Positions 31,301 to 31,656 of a stretch of 31,656 nucleotides of DNA are shown here, piece by piece. Numbering within the stretch: the first letter of the stretch is position 1; the number at the start of each line of letters is the position of its first letter. This DNA is from a candidate division WOR-3 bacterium (GTDB taxonomy: Bacteria; Hydrothermota; UBA3072; B12-G15): assembly GCA_965649055.1 (NCBI GenBank), contig CBFGJG010000022.1, forward strand, positions 1 through 31,656, given 5' to 3'. A model generated the notes under the pieces. That model searched no databases, was not told the DNA's origin, and saw only the letters and a list, made by a program, of their open reading frames with translations. A program made the position numbers and the translations under genes.

Positions 31301-31656
31301 AAAATAATAATCTATATCTTTTGGAAAACTACCATAATTCAGTAATGGTATTATTATTGAATCATTCACAGGTTCGCAGGGACTTCCTGTTAAAGGTAGA
31401 ATATAAGGTTCTATTATCTTCAATGTATCTGTTGCGAATTCCCCAATGAAAGGAAGGTCCCCTTCAAGGACATATTCCCCTGTATCTGCATCTTCTGGAA
31501 CATAGAAAGAATCAACAACTATTATTGTATCATTAGGGTTTATAACAAATTCCCAATCCTTTTCTTCGCCAAATGGTGGTTTGTAATACCCATAGCTTCT
31601 TATTTTAAATGCAGTATGGGGCCTTAACTTATAACCATACACAAACCATTTCCCTG
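25397..31656 (-). CDS. Very large secreted/surface protein (5' end outside the window): NHL-type beta-propeller, many Ig-like domains, FN3, T9SS-type-A-like C-terminal domain
   Basis: Frame open to the window edge; PFGIT/SPIDIKFDKEGYLWVSD propeller blades; GYKIYRS...SFVDKTI FN3; IYDITGR...QGIYFI...KVLKII. Confidence 0.85.
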   Translation of the reverse strand, partial: GKWFVYGYKLRPHTAFKIRSYGYYKPPFGEEKDWEFVINPNDTIIVVDSFYVPEDADTGEYVLEGDLPFIGEFATDTLKIIEPYILPLTGSPCEPVNDSIIIPLLNYGSFPKDIDYYFKQGNTYGGSGSLHFEPFEIKELSFPSYYFPKNSYIPFELIHYKLGTGKEDTINGAIFYKNGPEDSVHLDLGRDLFIEGEDIPLNIHYSNNSSIYPTDARTFEYKIGKYITMVDTVYFDTLTQGVIYLYGVRNEEGKFYLDDTTRLEFWDDYEFWVPPLMKSLNTKKIGSKFNQNFINSRTYLLDKDNLLYAFAFRDTLKVCLGKKFPYYGGGRFIDTLIISNVSSIHSMTFLDGYIYITTNGNRIYKIRYQPTNSEYSETGSLGVVEDSSFNYLEPFGITSKDGNLFLVEKGNSRILKIDKNFNLIDVIRDTGLVSPIDIKFDKEGYLWVSDYDKRRLIKMDNSGNTIFEAGDGFYELIFVDPLNTIWTLKTDGEYERYLKNGNKMELILDWSLGEAIDFILEGQKDPILYSLTLDTINTIDVFVTKYLPVGGIFGKIIYYHYFNDVGNNVKFIDYKVNQNENLGSIRDYFMPYLYGGKYGYAELEKWYPIDSLLSLIIETCNGFAFSFNLLRNDVQDLSPELYSFEAKYTYMDIQGITGWEGKNGFGPNSSWDTTVTFDFYHPEPGKYAASVSLLGKDNYPLNIKSFYFFDIVSDSIGIKVSPLTHNPFKGDSLDIDLKLWNLTYLPKNGNILFTINNDTIMSDTSSIDSAEIKNYHFKTYAEDTLSLFGMFYNDVDTVFDSLIISPVKIDIIPVSISQDCFNYDSFNLELKLRTVFGEGNIFSRMVFQNDTFCDTFFINANDEIALKHFLKPHFPENSNLFLTLSTYTESKDYVFNMKFNGGGNIETEPSIYDDVGSFLFDFKIINPSNILTSYRTDIFIIDINSDTLGYYSVIDTVPEKDEKIGRVNITINKAGIYSILSILKEEKSGMILDSSLTFLYLNINNNVVIDTMFVDGADEEGYVKFKFPVYLPYSNSQFFHFILKHPAGYDTISRYISQYDTLLFSVLPEWEKGEHNINIRIENIDRACIFSKDWKRRFSPNYFVETEDTFYVHSDDTTLNVPIMIKNKGTSRGDGNCEIRWFDDLANVNFNIRTDSIIVDTLTLFNPDYIGSGIYYIQFDINDRIIFKPVRFEGYKLSILPFTDKRFYSIQDTVRFSLKIKNLNELNPNILATISTPNFEDDTLLFVTGFIKNVLIDTGLRIEKPESSGIYVSPLFKTNETGIISGIIYPESEKIIKFRKCNRKGKPITEWSDTIFPPYEYYQFKIIIPDNDTERCDSVRIFKSLDTLIKEFPSPEKIVRFDFVIDTLPVNLFYGIYLWPSMNGYLLRTYPLFSGDTNFALYPEKIRYNFGDTIRFIVSSNTTGRLNTYFWDDDSSILDITGDTSFYKILNNKGISGFYDVNYKFFYSEILKEGSFDIEIKGIDLNIKNFIVKPDTIYPDDSLRISMNVFIPDMVPDKTYIYFELIKDDTISIRDEILSLGKGNNFLNFSYPLNNIQGGNWFLNYTINADSILSFSSGKWINIISIDTTPPIVSFLYPERIYEDESLKIRLFIREASQFYDTLYLRTKGENEWNKISGERIDDTTLLYKFGYFDGNNEIEFYGIFKDIKGNMRREPPFGTRDLFILKGLKTSISSHTISDTSISFVWSYPEERFAMDNGVPFYEIKEETLMLKMGLPRGKGLLSNIDIYLKNPENNISILNLEIENETFSFNVPPETTGWFEFLLSKEIDETLKILLRPSMVSFFGDGEIPVYSYYKKNNEWLNLIYGNILIRPKIRYDTSSVVSGYKIYRSSKNDSKLLTTINDTSFVDKTIQNEMVYNYFIGTILKEPLREFVSSPYTVIYDNIPPRFSDTTTFYFPDNYIFRLRIYDGLGIKWDSLFIPKFSYSTNAESVHYDTFFYTIPMFSESVAFFFKSWDIADNMARYPDTGFIYLYPGTNIPEIKEDIIKIPEIIFKKETYIELALKGKSDFSLIIYDITGRKIMEEKDILKPGYYKFELDRLNQGIYFIHLKINKFDKIFKVLKII

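Overview
AT-rich (visually about 30% GC) bacterial chromosomal window. T9SS-type C-terminal domains, beta-barrel proteins and the 16S signature suggest a diderm, possibly candidate phylum WOR-3 or another FCB-adjacent lineage (inference, not verified). Left to right: a tRNA-Pro-like 3' fragment with nested palindromes; a probable outer-membrane protein; a secreted GH18/SH3b hydrolase and a secreted M28 peptidase (divergent); a Zn-ADH and a B12 radical SAM gene; an orphan AbiEi-like regulator divergent from a three-gene operon (soluble-adenylyl-cyclase-like double cyclase + STAND ATPase, followed by two separately encoded TPR proteins); a stand-alone 16S rRNA gene with no 23S; a long minus-strand operon (lipoprotein, cyclophilin, hypB, ALDH, barrel, Nudix, HhH-barrel, priA, rlmI-like); and a >2080 aa secreted protein cut by the window edge. 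Most notable: the split cyclase-STAND/TPR system, a compensated C1404U:G1497A pair in the 16S decoding site, 16-bp-spacer promoters that predict leaderless mRNAs, and a dense D-S/T sequon in exported proteins. All calls come from reading motifs by eye; no searches were run.
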